A program made the translations under genes and the position numbers. The notes under the pieces were generated by a model that was not told the DNA's origin, made no database searches, and worked only from the letters and a program-made list of their open reading frames with translations. Positions 29,418-38,337 of a stretch of 64,000 nt of DNA are shown here, one piece after another. Position 1 is the stretch's first letter. Each line of letters opens with the position of its first letter. Source of the DNA: Terriglobia bacterium (lineage in GTDB: Bacteria; Acidobacteriota; Terriglobia; 20CM-2-55-15); the NCBI GenBank assembly GCA_965218585.1, contig CBDCLE010000014.1:1-64000 (forward strand), in the 5' to 3' direction.

Positions 29418-31622
29418 TCATTTCGCGAGCGGATCGGGACGAAGCTGGAAGTGCATCACTTTGCTCGTCGTACCCTTCCCGCCTTCCATGTGGAAGGGCG
29501 CGCGGGTGCTCACGGTCGACCAAATCCCCCTGCCTTTCCAGCCGCCGTTCGGATCATCAATTCGCCCATCCATCCATTTAGTGTAGAACCCCAACGGATA
29601 GGGCACGCGGAGTACGACCCATTCGCCATCCTTGAGCGCAAGCAGTCCTTCAGACGCATTGCCCGTGTTGATCGGCACGTTCGGGCCCAGTCCGAGCGTA
29701 TCGAACTGATCCACCCAGGTGTAATAACTGGCCTCGGCGCTCCCCGAATCCGTCACGCCCTTCAGCTGCGGTAGTGGTTCCGTATAGAAGGTCCATCCTT
29801 CGGGACAGTGTTGACCCGTCGCGCTCGGGCCGTTTAGCGGTCCTTCGCACTTACCACGGTCAAAGCTGGCAAGGTGTCCGCTCACCAGAGCGGCCCAATA
29901 GACGCCGTTCCGGTCGACATCTCCCCCGCGCGGTGAAAATCCATCAACGGGAGCTTCCGGGTTGTTCAACGGCAGTTCGTACACTTCCGCGAGAGCGGTC
30001 TCGGGCGGGTCCGTTCCCGGATCCAGCCGTATGACCGCGCCAGGAAAACCGAGGGCCGTTCCCCAGACCGAACCGTCGGGTGCCGGGGCGACGGCGTAGA
30101 AGGCCCGGCCGAATCGCTTGTCCTTGGTGGGATCGACCGGCTGGTCGGGTTCCACATACTCGTCTCTTTCCCCGTTACCGTTCGTGTCCATGATCAGAGC
30201 GGTCCACCCCTGTGACCTCCGCTCATCGCCGGTCTCCTCGAACACCCGGGTGTTCAGCCAGCCGACGACCTGCCCGCCGCCGCTCGTCCAGAGGGTGTTG
30301 TCAGCGTCCTCGGCAAACATCAGGTGATGCGTACCGAAACACGTGCTGATGTGCGTGAGCAGTTCGGTTTCCGGATCGTACATGGCGAGGTGCCTGCGGG
30401 CACCCTCGAGCGGGAACAACTCGGCCGACGGATGGTTGGACCCTTCCTTGCAATAGTCCGGATTGTCGGACGGGCGCACGGCCGAGGTGATCCAGACCCG
30501 GCCCTGCCCGTCGATCATCGGATTGTGTACGTTGTTCTGACTGTCCCAGAGAATCTCATCGCCCCAGTAAGGCGAAGGCTCGAGCATGTTCGGCGATGCT
30601 GCCGGTGTGTCCGGGTCGCGGACAGTCAGGTTGGCTCGGCTCGCTGTGTGGTTCACCGGATCCAGAATGGGAAGATAGTCCGCGCTGAGCTCCAGCGCAC
30701 CGTAAATGGGCCCGTTGGCATTGACCGTGGGATTCCGCCTGTCGGTCGCGACCTCGTCGTGGAGGTAGTCTGTCGGCTCGGCCCAATCCCACTCGGTGAT
30801 GACGACGTTTCGTTCCTCCCCTTGCGGGCGGGGCGGCGTGGCCGGCACCTCGCCAGCGGCGATTCGGTCGGTCCAGTCCGCGAACATCTCGAGCGCCCGC
30901 TGTCGGCCAAGCCGGTCGAGGCCGTTGCTCATCCCGGCTCCCGCCTGTCCGGACCGTATACGCCGATCCCAAGCGGCCACTGAGGAATCGAAAGTTCCCA
31001 GGCTGTCAGGGATCTCACGGGTCCCCTTGGTGCCCAGTTGATGACAGGCCGTACAGTTACCCGACTTCACATTCCTAACCCAATCGGCCTGGCTTCTGAT
31101 ATTCGTCGAAATGCCGTTACCCTCGGACCCTGTGCCGGGGAACTCGCTCTTGGCCGGCGGCTCGAGCAGGGAAAGCCAGTACCCGGCCGGGTAGTATTCC
31201 GCCGCCGCGCGAGCACTCGGCGCCACCACCGCCATCAGGTTTACGTTACTGCCCGGTGTGGTCTGAACCTTTGGCGAATCCACCAATCCGTAGCCACGCA
31301 CCCAGACGCTGTAATCCGCACTCGGAAGATCAGGCAACAGGTAGCGCCCCTCGTCATCGGTAACCACGATCTTGACGAACTTGGTGGGTAAATCAGTCGT
31401 TTCCGCGATCACCCACACACCCGCTTCCGGACCGTTGGCGCTGGTGACCACCCCACCGATGTCGTCGTTGTCGATGTCGACCTCTTGGCCGGCAACCTGG
31501 CCGGTGCTCATCCCGACAGGCGAAGCAACCAGAAGCACCGCGAAGCCAACGGCTACCATGCCTAAGCCCTTCATCGTTCTCATCGTCATATCGGATCTCC
31601 TTTTTGTCTCGTTCTCTCGCAC
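29418..31622 (-). CDS. Secreted protein with carboxypeptidase-regulatory-like N-domain, one CxxCH and a probable beta-propeller
   Basis: Signal-like N-terminus, VTDDEGRYLLPDLP..Y.VWVRGYG, CTACH; start may be about 31589. Confidence 0.7.
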   Translation of the reverse strand: MRENETKRRSDMTMRTMKGLGMVAVGFAVLLVASPVGMSTGQVAGQEVDIDNDDIGGVVTSANGPEAGVWVIAETTDLPTKFVKIVVTDDEGRYLLPDLPSADYSVWVRGYGLVDSPKVQTTPGSNVNLMAVVAPSARAAAEYYPAGYWLSLLEPPAKSEFPGTGSEGNGISTNIRSQADWVRNVKSGNCTACHQLGTKGTREIPDSLGTFDSSVAAWDRRIRSGQAGAGMSNGLDRLGRQRALEMFADWTDRIAAGEVPATPPRPQGEERNVVITEWDWAEPTDYLHDEVATDRRNPTVNANGPIYGALELSADYLPILDPVNHTASRANLTVRDPDTPAASPNMLEPSPYWGDEILWDSQNNVHNPMIDGQGRVWITSAVRPSDNPDYCKEGSNHPSAELFPLEGARRHLAMYDPETELLTHISTCFGTHHLMFAEDADNTLWTSGGGQVVGWLNTRVFEETGDERRSQGWTALIMDTNGNGERDEYVEPDQPVDPTKDKRFGRAFYAVAPAPDGSVWGTALGFPGAVIRLDPGTDPPETALAEVYELPLNNPEAPVDGFSPRGGDVDRNGVYWAALVSGHLASFDRGKCEGPLNGPSATGQHCPEGWTFYTEPLPQLKGVTDSGSAEASYYTWVDQFDTLGLGPNVPINTGNASEGLLALKDGEWVVLRVPYPLGFYTKWMDGRIDDPNGGWKGRGIWSTVSTRAPFHMEGGKGTTSKVMHFQLRPDPLAK

Positions 31623-31850
31623 CCGTGTCGATTGGTACGGTCATTCCTCGCGCGACCGATTCGCGAGTCCGTAGCGCGATGCGCTTAATCCCATGCCGCC
31701 CGCAGGGAGTGCGGCGTCTAATCTGTAGGGACTGAGTCATGTGCCTTTCGCAAGGGCAATAAACTCCCTACCCACTGCTCTCGTATGCAAGTGAGAAACT
31801 GGAGAAAGTCTATAGAACGAGTAGGGTGGAAGCAACGATTGGAAGCAACG

Positions 31851-31963
31851 AATTTTCAACGTCCGAGAAGACGGGTGATCTCAGTCGATGCAACACTTTA
31901 CGTGAAGGAGCTGTGAAGTGTTGCATTGACCGATTGAGACCACATGATTTATCAGGAGTTGAG
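31851..31963 (+). repeat. Dispersed ~40-bp repeat, copy B, split by a 72-bp insert
   Basis: aattttcaacgtccgagaaga | insert | atgatttatcaggagttgag. Confidence 0.7.
31872..31943. mobile_element. Mini-element with IS30-like inverted ends
   Basis: gtgatctcagtcgatgcaacac ... gtgttgcattgaccgattgagaccac imperfect IR; IS30 assignment is from recalled end sequences. Confidence 0.55.
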
Positions 31964-32176
31964 AAGGACCATTATTGCTGCGATACGGAGGAGTCATCGT
32001 TTGATTGCAATCGATTTCCCCCTTTCGTATCCTTTGACGAACTTTTAAAGGTCAGTTCGAAGAGGCGCTAAGTGTGCGATTCAGAAGCTGGATTAGCTGG
32101 CAGGAGATGCCGCTCATCCGGGGCAGTTTTCAAACTCGCTCCATCCGATTGAGCGTTATTGGCAACTAGGACGGCA

Positions 32177-33199
32177 ATGAAACATTCGATCATCATCGTA
32201 GCAGCGATACTCACGGCCGCGCTGCCGGTGACGGGTCATCACAGCGACGCTGCCCTGGATATGAACGCGATCTTGAGGTTTGAAGGAGTTGTAACCGAGT
32301 ACAGTATGCGAAACCCCCATACGTATTTCACCGTCGAGACAATCAACGATGCAGGCGAGACCGTCGAGTGGACTGTGCAGATGGCCTCCGCACTCACCGT
32401 CACGCGTAGAGGCTGGACGCAGGATACTCTCTCGGTCGGCGACCGGGTAACCGTCGGCGTACGTCCTGCCCGAGACGGACGACCTTATGGCTTGATGACA
32501 TCTGTAGAAAGAGACGGGCTTCCCGTAGCAACGCCGTCTGCGCCGGCGCCTCAACTGACTGCCGCTACCACGAATAGCCTAGAGGGCGTATGGATCGTAG
32601 ATCCCTCGAGCCGGGGCCCCGACTACCCCGGGGGACTCGACCAACTCATGATTAGAGATCTTGCCTTGACCGAGAAGGACCAGATCGCAGAGGCTGCCTA
32701 CAGCCAGAATGACGCAGACAATCCCGAGCTCGCCTGCATGACGAAGCCGACACCTGGAGGAATTGTTTACACGGATCTCTATCCGATGGAGATCAGTTTC
32801 ATCGAAGACGAACAGATCGTCATGATCCGCAGTCAGTATTTCGACCAGGAGCGAACAGTGTATGTGGACGGCCGTGATCATCCAGAAATCAGTGAGCGCA
32901 CTCACGAAGGTCATTCGATCGGCCGTTGGGAAGGGGGCCTTCTTGCCGTGGACACAACGAACTTTTCGGATAACCGATCGCCCTATCAAAACGGTATTCC
33001 TTCTGGTGCCCAGAAGCGCGTGGTGGAGCGTTATCGGTTACACGAAGGAGGTACCCGCTTGACCGTCGAGTTTACGTTGGAAGACCCGGAGTACATCGCA
33101 GGGTCGATGACACATACAAGAGACTTGCTCTATTCTCCGCACTTAGAGATGACCCCGTTTAATTGCGACCCGGAAGCAACTAGACGCTACCTGCCGTAA
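32177..33199 (+). CDS. Secreted DUF6152-type protein with C-terminal extension
   Basis: Signal peptide then HHS; NPH..W..GDRVTV..PARDG; C-terminal GHSIGRWEG.L.VDT..ERY..EDPEY. Confidence 0.75.
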   Translation: MKHSIIIVAAILTAALPVTGHHSDAALDMNAILRFEGVVTEYSMRNPHTYFTVETINDAGETVEWTVQMASALTVTRRGWTQDTLSVGDRVTVGVRPARDGRPYGLMTSVERDGLPVATPSAPAPQLTAATTNSLEGVWIVDPSSRGPDYPGGLDQLMIRDLALTEKDQIAEAAYSQNDADNPELACMTKPTPGGIVYTDLYPMEISFIEDEQIVMIRSQYFDQERTVYVDGRDHPEISERTHEGHSIGRWEGGLLAVDTTNFSDNRSPYQNGIPSGAQKRVVERYRLHEGGTRLTVEFTLEDPEYIAGSMTHTRDLLYSPHLEMTPFNCDPEATRRYLP

Positions 33200-33336
33200 T
33201 AAAGCTGCAGAACCCTGATAGAACCCAAAAACTCCTGTCGCAACACCCTCTTCGGCCGTTCCCATCACTGCGCTTTTCGCGCCCATCGGATCACTCAGTG
33301 TCGGCCGCGTCGGATCAAGCTTCCAGAACCCCGAGG

Positions 33337-33376
33337 ATTTATCAACGTCCGACAAGATAATTTGTCGTTATCTTGG
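33337..33376 (+). repeat. Dispersed ~40-bp repeat, copy C
   Basis: atttatcaacgtccgacaagataatttgtcgttatcttgg. Confidence 0.65.
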
Positions 33377-33457
33377 GAAGGATAGTAGCCGAGCAAGCTG
33401 GTTATCGGCCCATGTAACTTGCAACTCTTGAAGCAACTCAACGCCAGCGACCCAGTC

Positions 33458-33847
33458 TCAACTGGTGCCTGGCGCTCCGCGAACGAGCCACATCATTCTT
33501 GGGATACCTGTCAGGAACGACGCAACTACAATTCCAACGGCCATTCCTGACACCGCGGTGGGCCACACGAACCATGGCGCGGTTGCGGCCACCAAATACA
33601 GCAACAGTTCAAGCGCGACACGAACCGGTCCGGGCGTGGAAACGACGATTGTGCGCTTGTCATTTCGAGTTGAAAAGACGGCTGGGAGGACGACGAGTAA
33701 CGCCAGTACAGGTAAGACCAACCACGTGGAAAATAGTGCTACGGCCCACGGTCCCGCGACCCAAGCGATAAGCTCCGAAAGAAAGCGAAGACTCGACGAT
33801 AAGAGTGTATCGTACGGATGACGAAAGTCGTCAGAGTGCTGTGTCAT
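33458..33847 (-). CDS. Small membrane protein (YrdB/DUF2568-like)
   Basis: LRFLSELIAW..VFST..PGPVRVALEL; hydrophobic. Confidence 0.6.
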   Translation of the reverse strand: MTQHSDDFRHPYDTLLSSSLRFLSELIAWVAGPWAVALFSTWLVLPVLALLVVLPAVFSTRNDKRTIVVSTPGPVRVALELLLYLVAATAPWFVWPTAVSGMAVGIVVASFLTGIPRMMWLVRGAPGTS

Positions 33848-33988
33848 GTGAGGCGCTCAATGTCGTCAAATAAACCTCCACATATGTAGCAAGCTCAGTC
33901 AGAGACGGTCAACTCCACAGTGCCTAACCGCTTAGGGCGCGATCCGATCAATCGTGCCCACTGTCGGCTTACTGCAAACTGGCCACCC

Positions 33989-34029
33989 AATTCTCAAGGT
34001 CCGAGAAGATGATTTGTCAGGACTTGACC
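33989..34029 (+). repeat. Dispersed ~40-bp repeat, copy D
   Basis: aattctcaaggtccgagaagatgatttgtcaggacttgacc. Confidence 0.75.
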
Positions 34030-34273
34030 TCGAAAATCAAGGGCAGCCTACGGGACTGGAACCCGTTCCTCTAGTTCTTCAAACCAAGATGTCCATGAGC
34101 TGCGCTCACCCCGAAGGGCGAAAATGTGCGCTTCTACGTGCGGGCGGTCTTTGCTGGAGGTCATTGGAGGAAGAATTCATGCAACGCACCTTCGAAGCAA
34201 CACAGCACACTGATAGAAGAAATTTCCCCGGTCAAACACCCTTCTCACATATCCTCGATACGGAGCTGAACCC

Positions 34274-35751
34274 ATGACCTCAGTGAACGTAAACACGAAG
34301 CCCATCAGTTTTTTCGAGCAAGTCAATTACAACTTCGACAAAGCCGCCGCGCTCACCGCGCACGATCCGACGTTATTGGAGCGGATCAAGGAATGCAACA
34401 GCGTCTATCACACGGCCTTTCCAATACGGCGTGACGACGGGTCAATCGAGGTGATTCACGCTTGGCGGGCCCAGCACAGCCATCACAAGCTGCCCGCCAA
34501 AGGCGGTATCCGATTCAGCGCTGAAGTCAACGAAGACGAAATCAAAGCGCTGGCCGCGCTAATGACCTACAAGTGCGCTGTCGTCGACGTGCCGTTCGGC
34601 GGCGCGAAGGGAGGTATCCGCATCAATCGACGCAGCTACTCCAAGGCCGAACGGGAACGGATCACTCGCCGCCTCACGTTCGAGTTGGCCAAGAAGAATT
34701 TTATCGGCCCGGGAATCGACGTGCCAGCGACCGACTTCGGCACGGGCGCCCAAGAGATGGCCTGGATCGTCGACACCTACCAATCGTTAAGGAACAATGA
34801 GATCGATGCCCTTGCCTGTGTCACGGGCAAACCGGTCCCGTTTGGCGGTATCCGTGGCCGAACCGAAGCCACGGGACTGGGTGTGTTCTACGGCCTTCGA
34901 GAAGCGTGCTCGATTACCGAAGACATGCGGGCCGTCGGCCTCGATCCGGGCCTCGCCGGGAAGTGTGTCGTTGTGCAGGGCTTCGGTAACGTTGGGTATC
35001 ATGGTGCGAAATTTCTTGAAGAGCAGGGCGGCGCTCGCGTTATTGCCATAAGTGAACACGATGGAGCGATCTTCAACGAAGCGGGCCTGCCAGTAGCGGA
35101 CGTTGCCCGGTATCGCAGGGAAAACGGATCCTTCCTCGACTTCCCCCAAGCCCTGCGGTTACCGACGCGCGAAGCAGCGCTGGAAGTCGACTGCGACATT
35201 CTCGTTCCCTCAGCGCTGGAGAACGTGATCACCTCCGAAAACGAACCCCGCATCAAGGCCCGCATCATCGGCGAAGCAGCCAACGGCCCGGTGACCGCAG
35301 ATGCCAACCAGCGGCTTTTCGAGCGGGGCGTGCTGATCGTCCCCGACACATATCTCAATGCAGGGGGCGTGACGGTATCGTATTTCGAGTGGCTTAAAAA
35401 TCTTTCACACGTGCGCTTCGGTCGTCTCGAAAAACGATTCGAAGAACACGTCTACAGGGGTTTACTGTTGGCCGTCGAGGAAGCGACAGAACGGAAGTTT
35501 TCGGCTGACATGCTCAACGTGCTTTCCCGCGGCGCGAACGAACGCGATCTGGTTTATTCGGGCCTGGAAGAAACGATGGTACAAGCTTATCACGAGATTC
35601 GGGACATTAAGGAACGGTGGGTACTGGTCTAGTTTCAAACTAGACCAGTACCGAACGGTGCGGTAGCCAGGCGGACCTGCGGACCGCCGCCTTCATCGCC
35701 GCGATCGACAAGATTGTCGTCGCGTACACCGAGATGGGCATTTTCCCTTGA
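34274..35751 (+). pseudogene. gdhA: Glu/Leu/Phe/Val (glutamate) dehydrogenase, C-terminus cut by a 41-bp insertion
   Basis: KGGIRF, PFGGAKGG, QGFGNVG, EAANGP, NAGGVTVSYFEW; removing the insert restores ...ERCGSQADLRTAAFIAAIDKIVVAYTEMGIFP* (478 aa). Confidence 0.9.
35620..35652. mobile_element. 33-bp perfect palindromic mini-element with 8-bp TSD
   Basis: ggtactggtctagttt-c-aaactagaccagtacc flanked by gaacggtg at 35612-35619 and 35653-35660. Confidence 0.9.
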
Positions 35752-35770
35752 CGATCATTTTCATGGTCAT

Positions 35771-35892
35771 CTAGGGAACCGGGGCCCGCTCCTTCAGTTC
35801 TTCAAACCAGTTCAGGACGATGTTGCTCTGGGGGCGCTCTGCTTTGCCGTCTGTAATCGTGGCGTCCCCGACCATCAGGAATTGCTGCCCGT
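35771..35892 (-). pseudogene. C-terminal remnant of a Ser/Thr kinase-TolB/PD40-type protein
   Basis: Reads GQQFLMV...QSNIVLNWFEELKERAPVP*; no upstream gene body. Confidence 0.6.
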
Positions 35893-35917
35893 TTAAACGT
35901 CCGCATTCAACGAAGGT

Positions 35918-36460
35918 TTAGCCCCCATGCTCACGGCGAAGGATGAAGAAGAACGGCGACTTCATTCCCTTCAAATCCATTACGCCGAACACGGCATCCT
36001 GATCAATTTTGCGAAACACGTCGTTAATAGGCAGCTGGTCGTAAATCATGGTTGCGCTCGACTTGCCCCGATAAGTTGTCATGCGCAACCTCGCCCTGGA
36101 CCGGGACGTTGTGAGAAAAGGCATAAGTGTCTGGAAGGTACGACCCACCATGGCTGACTTTGGAATGGGCACGCGGTCTATCAACTTCAACGACGGCCCC
36201 ATAAAGGCGGGGTTTACACTGGCAACGCCGCCGCGAAGTGTTGAAAAGACCAATGGATGCACATCTTCGGGGCTTTCAAAGCGTTTGCCATGCCAGTGAT
36301 AGGCCTCGAGAAGGCCGTCCATTGGGTGGTCGGTATGGAAGCCTTCGCCCTTCCAATTGCCAATCATGAAACCGACATCGACCGGCTCAAGTGAATCGAA
36401 CAACTCCAAAGCGTCTTCCGTTGTAGTACGACCTACATCCAATCTTTCGCGCACGCTCAT
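35918..36460 (-). CDS. GXWXG/DUF4334 domain protein
   Basis: MIGNWKG, TDHPMDG, W.GKRF, ATMIYDQLPINDVFRK. Confidence 0.88.
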   Translation of the reverse strand: MSVRERLDVGRTTTEDALELFDSLEPVDVGFMIGNWKGEGFHTDHPMDGLLEAYHWHGKRFESPEDVHPLVFSTLRGGVASVNPAFMGPSLKLIDRVPIPKSAMVGRTFQTLMPFLTTSRSRARLRMTTYRGKSSATMIYDQLPINDVFRKIDQDAVFGVMDLKGMKSPFFFILRREHGG

Positions 36461-36524
36461 CTCGATGCGACCTCGGTTCTTGTAAGGGGCTAACGTCGCC
36501 CTTGAGCTGCGGACCGGCGACTAC

Positions 36525-37916
36525 TCATCGTCCGCGCGCCGTCGGGAGATCGGGGTGCCAGTTGCGCATGTGTTCCCGCTGCCTGTCGCTCAAGGCCTCG
36601 GGCCTGTAGTGACGCTCGTAGAAGTCCAGGTCGAGGTGAGTTGCCTGGAATCCGATGCTCGTCCGATACGGAGCCGAGTAAACCGGGACATGGTTGTAGT
36701 TCTCGTAGAGATAAGTGAAGTACGCGACTGTGGCGTCGATGGTCTCCTGTCGAAACGCCGGGGCCGCCGCCGCGATCTCATCCGGTTTTTTGAAGCTGCT
36801 ATTCTTGGTTCCGCCGCGAAGCACGCCTGCGGCTCCGAACTTACGCTCTACCACCGCGTGCACGGCCGCTTCCATGCTCGGGTAATAGGGAGGGCAATAG
36901 GGCTTCAGCAGGACCTCGCCGTCCCGTTCCAGCCCGATGGGGAACGAGATCTCTTGATCCTTGCCGAGGATCCCGCCTAGGAACCGGACCATTCGGGGGG
37001 CCCCGAGGTACTCGAGCCCCTTCATCGTCTGCATCCGGAAGCCGAGTGCCTCGAACCAGGAGAATTCGTGTCCAGCCCAGTTGGCAAACCCGCCCAGGCC
37101 CATACTGTGAGCCATGAGGCTGAGGTTCTGCAGCATCATCCCCGTCTCGATCGTGAGAACCATCTGCAAAATGCCCTTGAGTCGCTCGATGGTCAGGGTG
37201 CGCTGCGACTTGGGATCGTCATCGAGATGGCCGCCCTTGCTCTTGGCGAATCGACCGACGCCGGCGGGGCGAAAGTTGGCACGCTCATCGACCATGAACA
37301 CCTGCATGTGCTCGTTCAGAAACTCGAGCATTCCATTGATGTACATATACGAAAAATCATGGACCGGAACGAAGTAGGAAGTCCCTGGCGCATACACTTG
37401 GTACTGGTTGCAGCCGAGATTGAACGGACGCTCGAGCGGTGGTGACGCTCGGCCGTCTTGAAGTTTCAACCGGCTGCGCCGGTACAGCTCTGTGAAGCGG
37501 CCCTTTTGCGCCATCTCGATCAGATCGGGGATCTCTGTTGCGGGGAAGTCGACTGGGCGTTTCAGCAGGTAGGTCGCCTCGTCGTTGATGACGATCAAGG
37601 AGACCGATTGAATCCTATCTCCAGCCGACATTGTACGCCCCACCAGCCCACCCATGATGGTGCCGCCTGGCTCTTCCTTGCTATAGGACAGGTCGGCTAG
37701 GGCGTATCCAGTGATGCCGCACGCCGCGAAGGCCAGCGCCGCTTCTTCGTCCTCGGTGAGCGGAAGCGGTTGCTGTTCACTTTTGAAAGCGAGTGGCCCC
37801 GTCTGCATCTCCATCCCGAGACCGAATCGATAGGAGCGTCGTTCGGCCAGCGCCTGAAGCAATGAATAATCCGACATTAGCGACTTCAGGTCGAAATCCT
37901 CGTGGTTACCGCTCAT
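36525..37916 (-). CDS. Uncharacterised protein, probable nitroreductase-like fold
   Basis: N-terminal RRSYRF; ETGMMLQNLSLMAHSMGLGG. Confidence 0.6.
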   Translation of the reverse strand: MSGNHEDFDLKSLMSDYSLLQALAERRSYRFGLGMEMQTGPLAFKSEQQPLPLTEDEEAALAFAACGITGYALADLSYSKEEPGGTIMGGLVGRTMSAGDRIQSVSLIVINDEATYLLKRPVDFPATEIPDLIEMAQKGRFTELYRRSRLKLQDGRASPPLERPFNLGCNQYQVYAPGTSYFVPVHDFSYMYINGMLEFLNEHMQVFMVDERANFRPAGVGRFAKSKGGHLDDDPKSQRTLTIERLKGILQMVLTIETGMMLQNLSLMAHSMGLGGFANWAGHEFSWFEALGFRMQTMKGLEYLGAPRMVRFLGGILGKDQEISFPIGLERDGEVLLKPYCPPYYPSMEAAVHAVVERKFGAAGVLRGGTKNSSFKKPDEIAAAAPAFRQETIDATVAYFTYLYENYNHVPVYSAPYRTSIGFQATHLDLDFYERHYRPEALSDRQREHMRNWHPDLPTARGR

Positions 37917-38078
37917 GGCTCCCTCATTAATGTTTATCCCGCCCTTTGGTCTTCAGGAGTGTACTGATCTCGTAGGGGCCGAGTTTGGTGCCGGATTCCA
38001 TGTTTAAAGTGTGTTGCTTAAAGAACCGTGAAAAACTCGGTAAACCATACTAGAGGTAGGGTTTGTTGGCAATCAGAA

Positions 38079-38119
38079 GGTCAAGTCCTGACAAACGATC
38101 TTGTCGGACGTTGAAAATT
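38079..38119 (-). repeat. Dispersed ~40-bp repeat, copy E
   Basis: Reverse complement reads aattttcaacgtccgacaagatcgtttgtcaggacttgacc. Confidence 0.75.
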
Positions 38120-38337
38120 CAGCTCACAAGATGAGTCCGTGATTTCCGCTAATGTGTTGAGTTTTTAGGATCTAACGGCCAACCAGTCCTCGTCCGGCAG
38201 AATCCGATCTCTATTTACTTCCCCTTCGCATGCACGTAGACTCGCCTCGGGTTCGATTCCGGGTGCGACTCTGAGGCAGGACGCGTCAAGAGGGGGGAAT
38301 CTACGCCCTCGGACCTGGAATCCTCCAAACTGGCCCT

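Noticed and set aside
31715-31775. Hairpin gtaggga..tgcctttcgcaagggca..tccctac as a riboswitch
   Set aside because: No riboswitch consensus recognised; an Rfam scan would be needed.
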